This document shows, one piece after another, positions 16,981 through 26,220 of a stretch of DNA of 34,143 bases (position 1 is the stretch's first letter; every line of letters begins with the position of its first letter). Origin of the DNA: Gammaproteobacteria bacterium (GTDB taxonomy: Bacteria > Pseudomonadota > Gammaproteobacteria > SZUA-229). The translations under genes were made by a program, and so were the position numbers. Below the pieces are notes generated by a model. The model saw nothing but the letters and a program-made list of their open reading frames with translations. It did no database searches and was not told the origin of the DNA. The stretch spans positions 1-34,143 of the forward strand of contig JBFHVK010000003.1 in NCBI GenBank assembly GCA_041589615.1. The letters run 5' to 3'.

Positions 16981-17368
16981 AGTAATCCACTTTTAGAAAT
17001 CGCTGCTCAAAATATCGAATATCAACAAGTCTTGGTCCGTGATTTGTAACGTTTGGCTCATCTGTCTCTAGGATCATTCTTCGACCATCAACATCTACAA
17101 CAATAGCTATGTGAGTACACAAGTTGCCGCGCCATGCTGCTGCAATAGCGCCTGGTCTTGCTGAAACCTTTCTCATACTTTGAGCTTCTTTTTGCATGGC
17201 GTTGGTCATAGCCTGCTTGTCGCTACCTTCCACAGACGTGTAAGACTTCATCCATGGTTTGCCAAACAGATAAACCCTTGCCATTCTGACCAAGCCGTAA
17301 CAGTCCGCACCCTCTTTGCTACGTCCGTTCGGCTCGTACGGGACGGACATTAAATCTTCAAGCGTCAT
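16970..17368 (-). CDS. NlpC/P60 tail tip protein
   Basis: GRSKEGADCYGLV...HIAIV with catalytic Cys/His. Confidence 0.88.
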   Translation of the reverse strand: MTLEDLMSVPYEPNGRSKEGADCYGLVRMARVYLFGKPWMKSYTSVEGSDKQAMTNAMQKEAQSMRKVSARPGAIAAAWRGNLCTHIAIVVDVDGRRMILETDEPNVTNHGPRLVDIRYFEQRFLKVDYYDD

Positions 17369-17853
17369 TATATGTACCTCAATCCTGGGAAATCTTCAGC
17401 AATGTATCGACGACGGGGCCATTCAGAATTAAGAAGATCGTAATACCCCGCCTCAATTTCAACCATGATACCCCTAAATGCACCGCCTCGCATGGTCATC
17501 TTAATGGGGGTAATAGCTGGAGAAGACAGGTCGGTCGATAGAAATTCCCTATAATTGATCGGAACCTGTAAGGAGTTCTCTATCGCAAAATCAACCGCCT
17601 TCTGTGCTTCGCCGGTCACATTAGAGATTGAGAATGTAAGCCTCTGCGTGCCTGACGTGTCTTTGCTTGGTCTTTGATGTTCAAATGGAGCAGCAAGAAA
17701 AGTTACCGTTTCTGATGTCTCAAGTGTCGCTGTTAAATCCTCATAAGCAGCTACAATGCGTATTGGGTCGTAACCAGGAACAAGGATTTCAAGCGTTGAC
17801 AAGATTACATGCTCTGTTGGCGCGCTTGCGTAAACTACGTTAATTATACTCAT
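17368..17853 (-). CDS. Minor tail protein (DUF1833-like)
   Basis: VYASAP...TLEI...FPGLRY; position in the tail tip cluster. Confidence 0.8.
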   Translation of the reverse strand: MSIINVVYASAPTEHVILSTLEILVPGYDPIRIVAAYEDLTATLETSETVTFLAAPFEHQRPSKDTSGTQRLTFSISNVTGEAQKAVDFAIENSLQVPINYREFLSTDLSSPAITPIKMTMRGGAFRGIMVEIEAGYYDLLNSEWPRRRYIAEDFPGLRYI

Positions 17854-18314
17854 GTTTCAGGCCACAGGACATTCATAGCAGTGTCAACAATGCTTGCATC
17901 AAGTATGTATTGAGAGCCGTTTTCGTAGAAATCTCGGTCAAATATTGCACGCTCTCTAAGCTCAACTTGCGCAGTGAATTGCCACTGATTCAAACCGAAT
18001 AAAGAGGGGCCATTATACATCTCAATAAATCGGCATTCATAAGAATCAATTTCATCAAGCGGTGTTTTAAGGTCAATATTAAACCAGTCGCCACCGTCGG
18101 ATATCTCATAAGCAAACCAGGCTTCGAATATCTGTGCCTGGGTTTGCGACATAGTAAATTGAAGCTCGGTAACACTTGGAACGCTCTGAAACGTTCTTCT
18201 CTGTCTGGCTCGTCCTGTTGACATGTTAGTTCGAGCAAACGGACTAACATGCTGAAACTGGTAGTTGGACCTGGACGGCCTGGGCAGTGATGAAGGGTAA
18301 TCAATGTCGGCCAT
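17850..18314 (-). CDS. Distal tail protein
   Basis: YPSSLPRP, RTNMSTGRARQRR, FEAWF, DGGDWF; directly after the tape measure gene. Confidence 0.8.
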   Translation of the reverse strand: MADIDYPSSLPRPSRSNYQFQHVSPFARTNMSTGRARQRRTFQSVPSVTELQFTMSQTQAQIFEAWFAYEISDGGDWFNIDLKTPLDEIDSYECRFIEMYNGPSLFGLNQWQFTAQVELRERAIFDRDFYENGSQYILDASIVDTAMNVLWPET

Positions 18315-20110
18315 TACCTACCTTTCCTCCTTACGCCAAATGTTGACTGCATGGATCGGCTCATTGGGCCGCCGTTTGCCATGTCAGCCAAGAATATATT
18401 AATAAACCTGTTTCCATTTTCGTCGGTCGACTCTCTCGCGGTCGTTCCTGGTGGCGCGTTATTGATTATCACTGTAACATCGCCGCCGATGCCTTGACCC
18501 TGAGTATGATCCAGCACGGTTTCATTAGGGTGCAGGATGGCAGGGAATCCACCACGGCCATCAATGCCGCCAGTTCTTGAGCCTGACCCAGTAAACCCGC
18601 CTCCTTCGAATGAGCCTTGATACTCAGTAGCCTGGATAGTCGCTTGCTGAACGACACCGAGCGCACCAATGGTGCCAGCCAATGCAATACCCAGCGGCGC
18701 AGGCTGAACGGTTAGAGCGTTACTGATAGCAAGAGCGGTATTAACGGCTGCCTGAGCTGACGCAAAAATCTTCCATGCTTCAAACTGGTCACGTCCGGCT
18801 TGCTTAGACAGTTCGGCCATGTTGCCAAATATACTACCAATAGCGCCAAGCTGCTGACTTTGTGAGTCTGTGAACAGTTGAAGCCCTTGAGCCTGCTGTC
18901 TTTGCTGATTCTCACTAATACGGACTAATGCTTGTGCATGCTGTCGCTCTGCTTCAAGCTCAAGCTCTCGGCGTTGCTCTTTGCTGAAATTGAACTCATC
19001 GATCAGGGCTAGCTGATTCGCAAACCTGTCTCTCTCGGCTTGCAACGGATCAAGCTCTGATATCAGCTTTGTCCTCTGTCTCTCTCTAGCGTCTGCCTGA
19101 CGAGCCAGCTCTTCGCTCTTCTTCTGAGCTTCAATCTGATCAAATAGGGCGTTAGTCAGGCTTATAGCATTAGCTACCGCCTCTTGGTCTGCGCCATTCT
19201 TCTCAAGCTGTGCAATTTCTGCAAGTTTAATTGCGCGTTCAGATTGTCCGTATGTTGCAACCTGGAACGCAAGCGATTCGTTAAGACGGTCGATTTCTTT
19301 TCTTGCGTCAGAGATAGCGTCGCGCTCGTCCTTTGATCCACTTATCAGTTCATCGATCTCGTCACCTAGCTTTTGTGACTCTTGAAAGTATGTGTCTACA
19401 CTTGCTTGAGAGTTATCTAGCTCTGTGCGCAACTCAGAAAGTCGTTTTCTTAGACCGTCTACACTGTCGGTCTGCTTTTGCACGCCTTGAACATCGGTAG
19501 TCAAGAACCTATTATTGGCAACATCCGTTCTTTGTGCTGAGGGACTGGCTATTAGTGCCTCAAGTCTCTCTATCTCTCCGTTAAGCTCAGAGATTCGTTG
19601 GCGCTCTTTGATAATGTTTTGCAGCCGCTCTTGGTTTTGTATAAAGAAGTCTGCTTTTAGCGCTCTAACCTGTGCATCTGTTAGTTGATCCACAGAATCA
19701 GCAACATCTCTAATTCTGTCAATAAGGTCGCTAGCTTCTCCTTCTGCATCACTAAACGCATTAGACAGGCCTACAGCAATAGCTCCACCAATCGCTACAA
19801 TAGCGCCTAGAACTGGACCCGATGGCCCCAAGAAACCCGCCAGCTGTGAGAATTGCTGAGTAAAAGCAACAAGCGCGCTTTGGCCGGATGCGACCTGCGT
19901 TGCGAAGTCACCAACCTGAAAGCCTGCTTGCTGGACAAACTGGTTATTTACCTTGAACTGACGTCCGCTAGACTTTACAGCTCCAGTCAGTGAGTCGGTA
20001 GCTTTTTCGGCTTTTATTGAGCCGTCCTTAAGACCATCAAGTGTTCTTAGTGTTGATGCGGCCCCAGTAGTCTGGAACTTCATAGCCAAAACAGCTACAT
20101 CTGTCGCCAT
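18314..20110 (-). CDS. Tail tape measure protein
   Basis: QQAGFQVGDFATQVASGQS, long coiled coil, FEGGGFTG...AILHPNE. Confidence 0.92.
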   Translation of the reverse strand: MATDVAVLAMKFQTTGAASTLRTLDGLKDGSIKAEKATDSLTGAVKSSGRQFKVNNQFVQQAGFQVGDFATQVASGQSALVAFTQQFSQLAGFLGPSGPVLGAIVAIGGAIAVGLSNAFSDAEGEASDLIDRIRDVADSVDQLTDAQVRALKADFFIQNQERLQNIIKERQRISELNGEIERLEALIASPSAQRTDVANNRFLTTDVQGVQKQTDSVDGLRKRLSELRTELDNSQASVDTYFQESQKLGDEIDELISGSKDERDAISDARKEIDRLNESLAFQVATYGQSERAIKLAEIAQLEKNGADQEAVANAISLTNALFDQIEAQKKSEELARQADARERQRTKLISELDPLQAERDRFANQLALIDEFNFSKEQRRELELEAERQHAQALVRISENQQRQQAQGLQLFTDSQSQQLGAIGSIFGNMAELSKQAGRDQFEAWKIFASAQAAVNTALAISNALTVQPAPLGIALAGTIGALGVVQQATIQATEYQGSFEGGGFTGSGSRTGGIDGRGGFPAILHPNETVLDHTQGQGIGGDVTVIINNAPPGTTARESTDENGNRFINIFLADMANGGPMSRSMQSTFGVRRKGR

Positions 20111-20111
20111 T

Positions 20112-20504
20112 CTAAAACCTCTTGCTTAGCTTCTTGTGTTTGTCGTACTCTCTTTGGCGCTGGTCGCTAAGCTCGGCAATTAACGCAGGGATGTAAGCAC
20201 GATCCATCTTTACCAGGACTTTAAATTCTTCCAGTCGAACTTCTACTGAATTTATTTCAGCCCAGAACTTCCATTGATCAGGGGTGATATATCTCGGCTG
20301 TCCGTCATGATATTCACGAAACGCGCTTGCGCTTATAAACCACTCCCAGAGATAGCGCCCCTTTTGATTAACCCTAAGCGGAGCCGGAGACGAGACGCCA
20401 AACCTGGCATTACGCTCACGCCTCGTCTCTCCGTTCTGGTCAGGCGTGTCATACCTTGCCTGAATCCTAAGTCCTTCGCACAAATCTTCACTTAGGGTGT
20501 GTAA
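20112..20504 (-). CDS. Tail assembly chaperone, frameshifted T segment (G-T fusion)
   Basis: Open -1 frame continuous from G GAT TTT through TTG 20483 to the stop just before the tape measure gene. Confidence 0.7.
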   Translation of the reverse strand, partial: LHTLSEDLCEGLRIQARYDTPDQNGETRRERNARFGVSSPAPLRVNQKGRYLWEWFISASAFREYHDGQPRYITPDQWKFWAEINSVEVRLEEFKVLVKMDRAYIPALIAELSDQRQREYDKHKKLSKRF

Positions 20505-20860
20505 AAATCCTGAGTCGACCTAAACTTAGCAAGCACTTGCTCTTTGAGAGATTGGATTGAACAAATTTCAATAGCCAATGATTTGCTGAATTTTGGTCTT
20601 TCTCCTTCCCAGCATGAGTCACCCGTAAACTCTACATCAAAGATGCAAGCCGCCGCCATTTCATTATCAAGCGCTGATAACTGCTCTTCGGTAATATCCT
20701 TACCAAGACTCAATAGCTTGTCATTAATTTCACGAGTTGCTTTCTTAACTCGGTCATCATGAGAGCAGGCAATGGTAAGAATCATGCCTGTCTCTTTGTT
20801 GTTCGCTGGGTTTCGCAAGTTCAGCTTAGCCTCAATCGGCTTGATTTTGGCTAAATCCAT
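20492..20860 (-). CDS. Tail assembly chaperone (G-like)
   Basis: Lies between the tail tube and tape measure genes and ends in a slippery site. Confidence 0.8.
   Translation of the reverse strand: MDLAKIKPIEAKLNLRNPANNKETGMILTIACSHDDRVKKATREINDKLLSLGKDITEEQLSALDNEMAAACIFDVEFTGDSCWEGERPKFSKSLAIEICSIQSLKEQVLAKFRSTQDFYTP
20504..20510 (-). other. Putative -1 ribosomal frameshift site G GAT TTT
   Basis: CAG GAT TTT TAC ACA CCC TAA. The -1 frame reads LHTLSEDLCEG... into the next ORF. Confidence 0.7.
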
Positions 20861-21339
20861 TATGCAGCCTCCACTACAACCTCACGCTGATTTAGACCTA
20901 GAGTGTAAACCTCAAGATCAAAGTCTTCGTTTCCGCCGTTCGGACGAGATGGACCTGTTACTAAGCCGCGATTGTAATAAGTGGTTCCGTTTGTGCCTGC
21001 TGAGTCATCAAGCTCGTATTTGAATGCGTAACTGTCAGTTGTTAGTGACGCTGCACGCATTGCGATTTGACCAAGATCAGAACCTACGCGCGCGCATTCG
21101 ACAGTAGGGTCACCGGCATTTGAGATACCCTTACCCTTCTGTGTCACGTCAGTTGAGATGGTGTCGTAGGACACAATATTGGTGGTCGTTCCTGTTTCGC
21201 CAACATTGCCCACTTGAGACACCTCAAGCCAGGTTAGGGCTTCAAAGCCAGCTTGGTTAAGGTCTGAATTTTGCGGTACAGGATCATTTGAAACATCAAC
21301 GGCGATATAAAATTTAGCGCCTGATTGGGTTAATGCCAT
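20860..21339 (-). CDS. Major tail (tube) protein
   Basis: KGKGISNAGD, DLGQIAMRAA, YYNRGLV; position. Confidence 0.88.
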   Translation of the reverse strand: MALTQSGAKFYIAVDVSNDPVPQNSDLNQAGFEALTWLEVSQVGNVGETGTTTNIVSYDTISTDVTQKGKGISNAGDPTVECARVGSDLGQIAMRAASLTTDSYAFKYELDDSAGTNGTTYYNRGLVTGPSRPNGGNEDFDLEVYTLGLNQREVVVEAA

Positions 21340-21391
21340 TTTTATAGCCTCTCTTAATTGATTTAATGTCTGAATGATACCACAACAGTGG

Positions 21392-21781
21392 TCATTCGGA
21401 ATACTCGATAGTTACAGCCACGCTCATTCTATCAGACTCAATATCAAGCGCACTTGCGTACGGTGGTCGTGATACTCGGACGTTGCTGGAAATGCCTGTT
21501 CCTTTTGGGAATACAGCCTGGACGGCCTCGACTGCCGCCTGAATCTTTAGCTCTGATTGCGGTCTTGAGAATACTTCTATCTGATAAATCCCGCGCGGCG
21601 ATGTATCGCTATCGTTTGCTATCCATTGGTCAATTGCGACATTAGGAAGAAACCTAACTTCCAGCCATTCGCCAGTATCAGGCGGCGTAAAATCTATCCC
21701 TGGCCATGAGATTGGATAACCCAGCGATGCGGCCACCAGCGTGTCATTTAGTGATGTTAATATCTGCGAGTTAGTTGTCAT
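21392..21781 (-). CDS. Tail terminator (DUF4128-like)
   Basis: ISWPGIDFTPP, WLEVRFLPN, GIYQI, FPKG. Confidence 0.8.
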   Translation of the reverse strand: MTTNSQILTSLNDTLVAASLGYPISWPGIDFTPPDTGEWLEVRFLPNVAIDQWIANDSDTSPRGIYQIEVFSRPQSELKIQAAVEAVQAVFPKGTGISSNVRVSRPPYASALDIESDRMSVAVTIEYSE

Positions 21782-22200
21782 CTACCGAGTCTCCTCTCTA
21801 AAGCCCTTGCAGCACGCTTAACTATCTGATCCCAGTTTTGAGCTGCCAGCCTTGAGAAGCCATATCTTCGCTCCATAAACTGAGCGTAATTAGCTGACCA
21901 GCCAAAATACACACTGTCGCCAAGGCTCGATTGATTAATAATAATCAAAGATGCTGTCGGACTCCATTTGTAAACTCCATTATTTGCCTCCGGCAGCGAA
22001 TCACCGGATGGCAGTTTGTTTAGGGCTGCATCACCAGTTGCACGCAGAAAGCCAGTTTTAACAGGCATATTCCCGCCCTTTCCTCGTTCTCTCTGAGCTT
22101 CATTTATTGCATTCTGCATAGACTCCCTGAAAACGGTTGTCATTCGCTCTTCTGACTGAGCAACAAAAGCGCCCACTTGCTCGGCAAAACTCTTAGCCAT
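21778..22200 (-). CDS. HK97 gp10-like tail completion protein
   Basis: MPVKTGFLRA, WSANYAQFME, RLAAQNW. Confidence 0.8.
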   Translation of the reverse strand: MAKSFAEQVGAFVAQSEERMTTVFRESMQNAINEAQRERGKGGNMPVKTGFLRATGDAALNKLPSGDSLPEANNGVYKWSPTASLIIINQSSLGDSVYFGWSANYAQFMERRYGFSRLAAQNWDQIVKRAARALERRLGR

Positions 22201-23243
22201 TAACTGAACCCCTCTATACGGGCCTGACGACCAATAAAGTCAATAGTGTATTCAGCTCGACACCGACATTGAATAGTGAATGATCCAGCAGCGCCAAGGC
22301 TTGTATCGCCAGGGAACATTACGCTATTTCCGGACGTGCTGACAAACGGCTGATTAAACGGAATAGGATTACCCATACCGAAATCACGCTCCATCTGAAT
22401 ATGCTCAATCCTGGTTCTTGAATCGTTAGTTGCATCCCAGCTTTTCCGAACATCGGATAAGTCAACGCCGCCGCGCTCTGCTGATTGCCGGATAGCCTCA
22501 AATTGCCCAGCCCTTAATGCATTAAGACTTTCAGTCCTACTAACAACGTCACCACGGAATTTTAACGCCATCTGCTGCATTCTGGTCACAGCGGTATCAA
22601 TGGTTTTACTGTCTAGCGGCTCGCCGGATTCGATAGCCTTACGTATTCTTGAATCCAGTCTTTTGTCTCGAAGTTTTCTGTCAAAGTAGCTAGAGTCAAG
22701 CGACTCAAGCTCTTCCCTTGCGTTAATAGACCATCGCGCCTGCTGAGTGGTAAGCCCAATAGCTCCGCCCTCGCGCTTTTTTGTCTGAGGGTTTATGCGC
22801 CCAACAAGATCAAGGGCTGTAGTTCTGGGATTATCGCCTCTGGTTAAACCCTGACTAAGTAGTGACCTTACCATTTCACGCTGATCATTAGTGATCTCAA
22901 CTATTAACCCACTGGACAATGATGCAAGCCAAGCAAGTGCCTCCGGTGAGGTCATAGAGAAGCGAGCAATAACACTGCCGACCTCGAGCGGGATTCGCCC
23001 AACCTGCTCAGCACCTGTTAATCCGCCCTCTCTGTACGCCTGCCTAATTGCATCCTCAAGCGGTTCAAACATGGATTCATCAAGCTGTAGAAGCTGGATA
23101 ACGCCATCTACATTGCCAGTCTCAAGAAGTCTGACAATCTCTTGAATGACCGCCTGATCTTTCACCGACTGAATAGATTCACGAAAAGCGCGGAGTATTC
23201 GCGCCTCTTGTGCTTCTTGTATTGAGAGTAGGTTGACTGCCAT
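22200..23243 (-). CDS. Minor head / head morphogenesis protein (MuF, SPP1 gp7-like)
   Basis: SRTES, KSWDATNDSRTR, FPGD, IQCRC. Confidence 0.85.
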   Translation of the reverse strand: MAVNLLSIQEAQEARILRAFRESIQSVKDQAVIQEIVRLLETGNVDGVIQLLQLDESMFEPLEDAIRQAYREGGLTGAEQVGRIPLEVGSVIARFSMTSPEALAWLASLSSGLIVEITNDQREMVRSLLSQGLTRGDNPRTTALDLVGRINPQTKKREGGAIGLTTQQARWSINAREELESLDSSYFDRKLRDKRLDSRIRKAIESGEPLDSKTIDTAVTRMQQMALKFRGDVVSRTESLNALRAGQFEAIRQSAERGGVDLSDVRKSWDATNDSRTRIEHIQMERDFGMGNPIPFNQPFVSTSGNSVMFPGDTSLGAAGSFTIQCRCRAEYTIDFIGRQARIEGFS

Positions 23244-23245
23244 GA

Positions 23246-23701
23246 CTAAGACTTAACAAATTTCATCTTATTAACGTCGAACACCCTGATCCTTCCGCCG
23301 GTAGCACTATCCCTTGTTGAAGCATACTTTACAGCTTCTCGGGCTGTCTTTCCGTGATCCATAGCAGCAAGGGCGAATGCGTAACCGCTACCCATTGCGT
23401 CACTATAATCAATTTTTGTGGCGCGTGGCGCTCCATCATTATCAATTACGCAATAATAAACCTCTCCATTTCTTACTGCGATACCCGAGCACTCAATCTC
23501 TTGATCAGGCTTTTGAGGTGACTCATCCAAGAAGTGATCAACAAACTTTTCTCTATCGCATACTGATCCACATAAAAACCAATAATCACCATCTCTTTCA
23601 ATCCATTTAATAGCTTTGTCGGTTGCGATAATTTGCCCGGTAGTGGTTCTTCCATCGACGGCAATTTGTTTGTTTTCGTGGTCGTATGCAATAGTAGTCA
23701 T
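23246..23701 (-). CDS. HslV/proteasome-beta-like Ntn threonine peptidase
   Basis: N-terminal (M)TT, IAVDGR, Lys near residue 30, AMGSG, RDSATGG. Confidence 0.8.
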   Translation of the reverse strand: MTTIAYDHENKQIAVDGRTTTGQIIATDKAIKWIERDGDYWFLCGSVCDREKFVDHFLDESPQKPDQEIECSGIAVRNGEVYYCVIDNDGAPRATKIDYSDAMGSGYAFALAAMDHGKTAREAVKYASTRDSATGGRIRVFDVNKMKFVKS

Positions 23702-23710
23702 TAATGCCTC

Positions 23711-24067
23711 TTAAGACCTCACAAACAATCGCCAAGCCACCGGTGTGCCCGCTGCTGGTATTTGCTGAACTTCAATTATTTGACGGCGCACTCCATTCAC
23801 AAGAATCTCGCCCGAATTTGACGGCGACACACTAAACACCTTCAAGGTCATCTGAATGTCAGAGCCGCTAATGTATCCGTCTTTGATGTACTTCTCTTCG
23901 ACGCCGGATGCTGTTCCGCTAACCGTATGCTCGGTTTCTGGCCCAATAACGGGATCGTATTCAGGTCCACTAACAGTTCCAGGCTCGTAATAAGTAAACG
24001 GCCCTTGATCGTACTTATCAAGCAGTCTTGTTGCTGTTGCTTGCATTCGTTCGTATACACTAGCCAC
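23711..24067 (-). CDS. Head closure / head-tail adaptor
   Basis: YERMQATATRLLDKY...PAAGTPVAW. Start probably GTG 24067 (TTG 24079 is an alternative). Confidence 0.75.
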   Translation of the reverse strand: MASVYERMQATATRLLDKYDQGPFTYYEPGTVSGPEYDPVIGPETEHTVSGTASGVEEKYIKDGYISGSDIQMTLKVFSVSPSNSGEILVNGVRRQIIEVQQIPAAGTPVAWRLFVRS

Positions 24068-24509
24068 GAGTTCTTCCAAACTCCCATTTTCTAGCGCCGC
24101 CTGCCAGCTTCGACATAATAGCGGAAACCTTTTGGCTCAAAGTTGATGCGCTTGAATTGTCTTGGTATGTCACAGACACAGCGCCAAACACGGTTTCTTG
24201 CTTAACGTCCTGAGATAGCGCAAGGTTAGGGTCATTGCCCTGGTCTATGTCGATAGCCAACTGTAACTGTAACTCCTCGACAAGCGTAGGCACAGAGGCG
24301 CTATCTTGAAGAATTCCGTCAAGGTAAAAACCGATTCTGGGCCACTGATTATCTTGCTCGGGATCAGTCTTTTTGCCCTGATAGTTTTGCAACTCAATCC
24401 AGTCAAATGATTTTGTAAGCAGAATAGCCTCAGTTGATACCAGGGCTACCCCTCGGGCTGCTGCGTACGCTGTCAAATCTGTCTCGTCAACATATCCAAT
24501 AATGGCCAT
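24060..24509 (-). CDS. Head-tail connector (the 'DnaT-like' phage adaptor family)
   Basis: YAAARG, YQGKKTDPEQDNQWPR, KQETVFGAVSVTY. Confidence 0.8.
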   Translation of the reverse strand: MAIIGYVDETDLTAYAAARGVALVSTEAILLTKSFDWIELQNYQGKKTDPEQDNQWPRIGFYLDGILQDSASVPTLVEELQLQLAIDIDQGNDPNLALSQDVKQETVFGAVSVTYQDNSSASTLSQKVSAIMSKLAGGARKWEFGRTRG

Positions 24510-25162
24510 TACACAAACCTCCTATAGCCAGTTGCCAGAATCTCAAATCCGGATAGGCTTGTAATATCGTCACGGATTTCAATACCAAGACGCTGCTTTG
24601 TGTTTGCAGACAGTCGCAACCCAAGCCCGTAGGGTGATAGCCTGGTAACATCCCATATTGCAAGATACGAGTAGTCCAGCGCGTTTTTTGCCGCTCTGAT
24701 TCTATACGACATATCATCCTCGCCTAGATGAGGGCTTAGAGTGCCAATACGAACAAAATCAAAGTTAGTAAAAAGCGGTCGATCGGCAAATGCCAGCTTT
24801 TCGCCTTTGTTCTGAAAGAATGGAACCATACCATTAACCAGTCCGCCGCTAATCCCACCAAACTCATTCAGTGCGATCCCGCCGCCAACATCACTATCAG
24901 TGATTAATATTGATATAGTATTGATGTAAATGTCTGCACCAGATTCAGCGGATATGTAAGCATCAATAGGATCAGCAAGCGTTCCGGCAACCCTTAAATC
25001 TTCTGTAATCCCATCACCATCAACTGTAAGAAAACTCACATATGGCAGTGTAAGGATGTCCTGACTTGATGATGGTGCCGGAACCTGAGACACAACAAGA
25101 CCGCCATCAACAACGCTCGCAGCCTCATTATTAAGGCCGCGAATCTGAACAGGGGTGACCAT
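24509..25162 (-). CDS. Hypothetical beta-rich protein, probably virion-associated
   Basis: 217 aa, coupled within the head operon. Confidence 0.65.
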   Translation of the reverse strand: MVTPVQIRGLNNEAASVVDGGLVVSQVPAPSSSQDILTLPYVSFLTVDGDGITEDLRVAGTLADPIDAYISAESGADIYINTISILITDSDVGGGIALNEFGGISGGLVNGMVPFFQNKGEKLAFADRPLFTNFDFVRIGTLSPHLGEDDMSYRIRAAKNALDYSYLAIWDVTRLSPYGLGLRLSANTKQRLGIEIRDDITSLSGFEILATGYRRFV

Positions 25163-25163
25163 T

Positions 25164-25751
25164 TTAGACTGCCTCGATCACATGAAAACTAACCGTAATA
25201 GTCATGTTCATGCCTGTATTTCCTGCTGGCGGCGTGACCTCAATAGCCAGATTGCCACCTTTTGAGATGATGTTTGTAAGCTCAAATTGCTGCTCAACCG
25301 TGTAGTCACTCAGTGCACCAGATACAGGAACACCATTAACAGCAGAAGTTGACGGGCCTTTTCTGCACACGCCAACAAACTGACGAGCCGCGCCGCCGTT
25401 TCGGTTGATGAAAGGCACGTCTGTGCCATTTTGTACGATATCATCACTGGTCGCTGTATTTCCGACGGCCTCAACTAAAACAGAGTTATTAGCGCCACCT
25501 GTGGACAGCCCTGCACCGATTGTCGCACCGGTCACTAAAATATCTGAAACATCATCATTTTGCAGATACAAAACCGCTGTTTTTGCGCTTGATGTCAGAT
25601 TAATCACGCCAGTGTACACCTGAAATGCATCACCAGACGCTACACTGTTCTCAATCTCGGTTGCTGTAACTGATCGGGTTTTTAGCTGCCCTTCTTTGTT
25701 GACCTTGGCGATATTCAGACCGCCGTCATTGCTAACACCTTCAATCCTCAC
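25164..25751 (-). CDS. Hypothetical beta-rich protein, probably virion-associated
   Basis: 195 aa, G/T/V/N-rich, coupled within the head operon. Confidence 0.65.
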   Translation of the reverse strand: MRIEGVSNDGGLNIAKVNKEGQLKTRSVTATEIENSVASGDAFQVYTGVINLTSSAKTAVLYLQNDDVSDILVTGATIGAGLSTGGANNSVLVEAVGNTATSDDIVQNGTDVPFINRNGGAARQFVGVCRKGPSTSAVNGVPVSGALSDYTVEQQFELTNIISKGGNLAIEVTPPAGNTGMNMTITVSFHVIEAV

Positions 25752-25995
25752 TCTGAATATCCTCCAAATCTATTCGCGTCTCAAATGCCTCTTCTATTCT
25801 AGCATTTAACAGCTTTAATTCGTCTAAAATTTGCTTGTTTGTATCATTAATAGACAGAAGAGCACCAGCTATTGACGAACTTGCTGGATCGTCTTTACTA
25901 AAGCCTACTTTGAAAAATCTCTTGCCGACTTGCTCATTATTATTGAACATGTCAGACATTAGGATTTGCTTAGTCGGTGCTTTCGTGCTGGCCAT
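25741..25995 (-). CDS. Hypothetical protein with C-terminal coiled coil
   Basis: QILDELKLLNARIEE. The start is uncertain. Confidence 0.6.
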   Translation of the reverse strand: MASTKAPTKQILMSDMFNNNEQVGKRFFKVGFSKDDPASSSIAGALLSINDTNKQILDELKLLNARIEEAFETRIDLEDIQSED

Positions 25996-26176
25996 CTGCT
26001 TTTACCTGGTAGCTGCCGCTAGACTTGCGCTTTTTATTGACGACCTCCCTTTTTGATTTCTTAACATCATCAGGCGCAAATCTAATATCAACAATCCGCT
26101 TTCCTTCCTTATTTAGCCTTCTCTTTTCTTCCTGGCTTACAGGATGCTCCAAATAAACCACTTCAAATTTTTGCAT
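25970..26176 (-). CDS. Small basic hypothetical protein downstream of the capsid gene
   Basis: YLEHPVS...IVDIRFAP; AAGAGG RBS. Confidence 0.7.
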   Translation of the reverse strand: MQKFEVVYLEHPVSQEEKRRLNKEGKRIVDIRFAPDDVKKSKREVVNKKRKSSGSYQVKADGQHESTD

Positions 26177-26220
26177 TTAAGACCTCTTACAGGATATTGT
26201 GCCTTTAGCTAAAGAAACAG

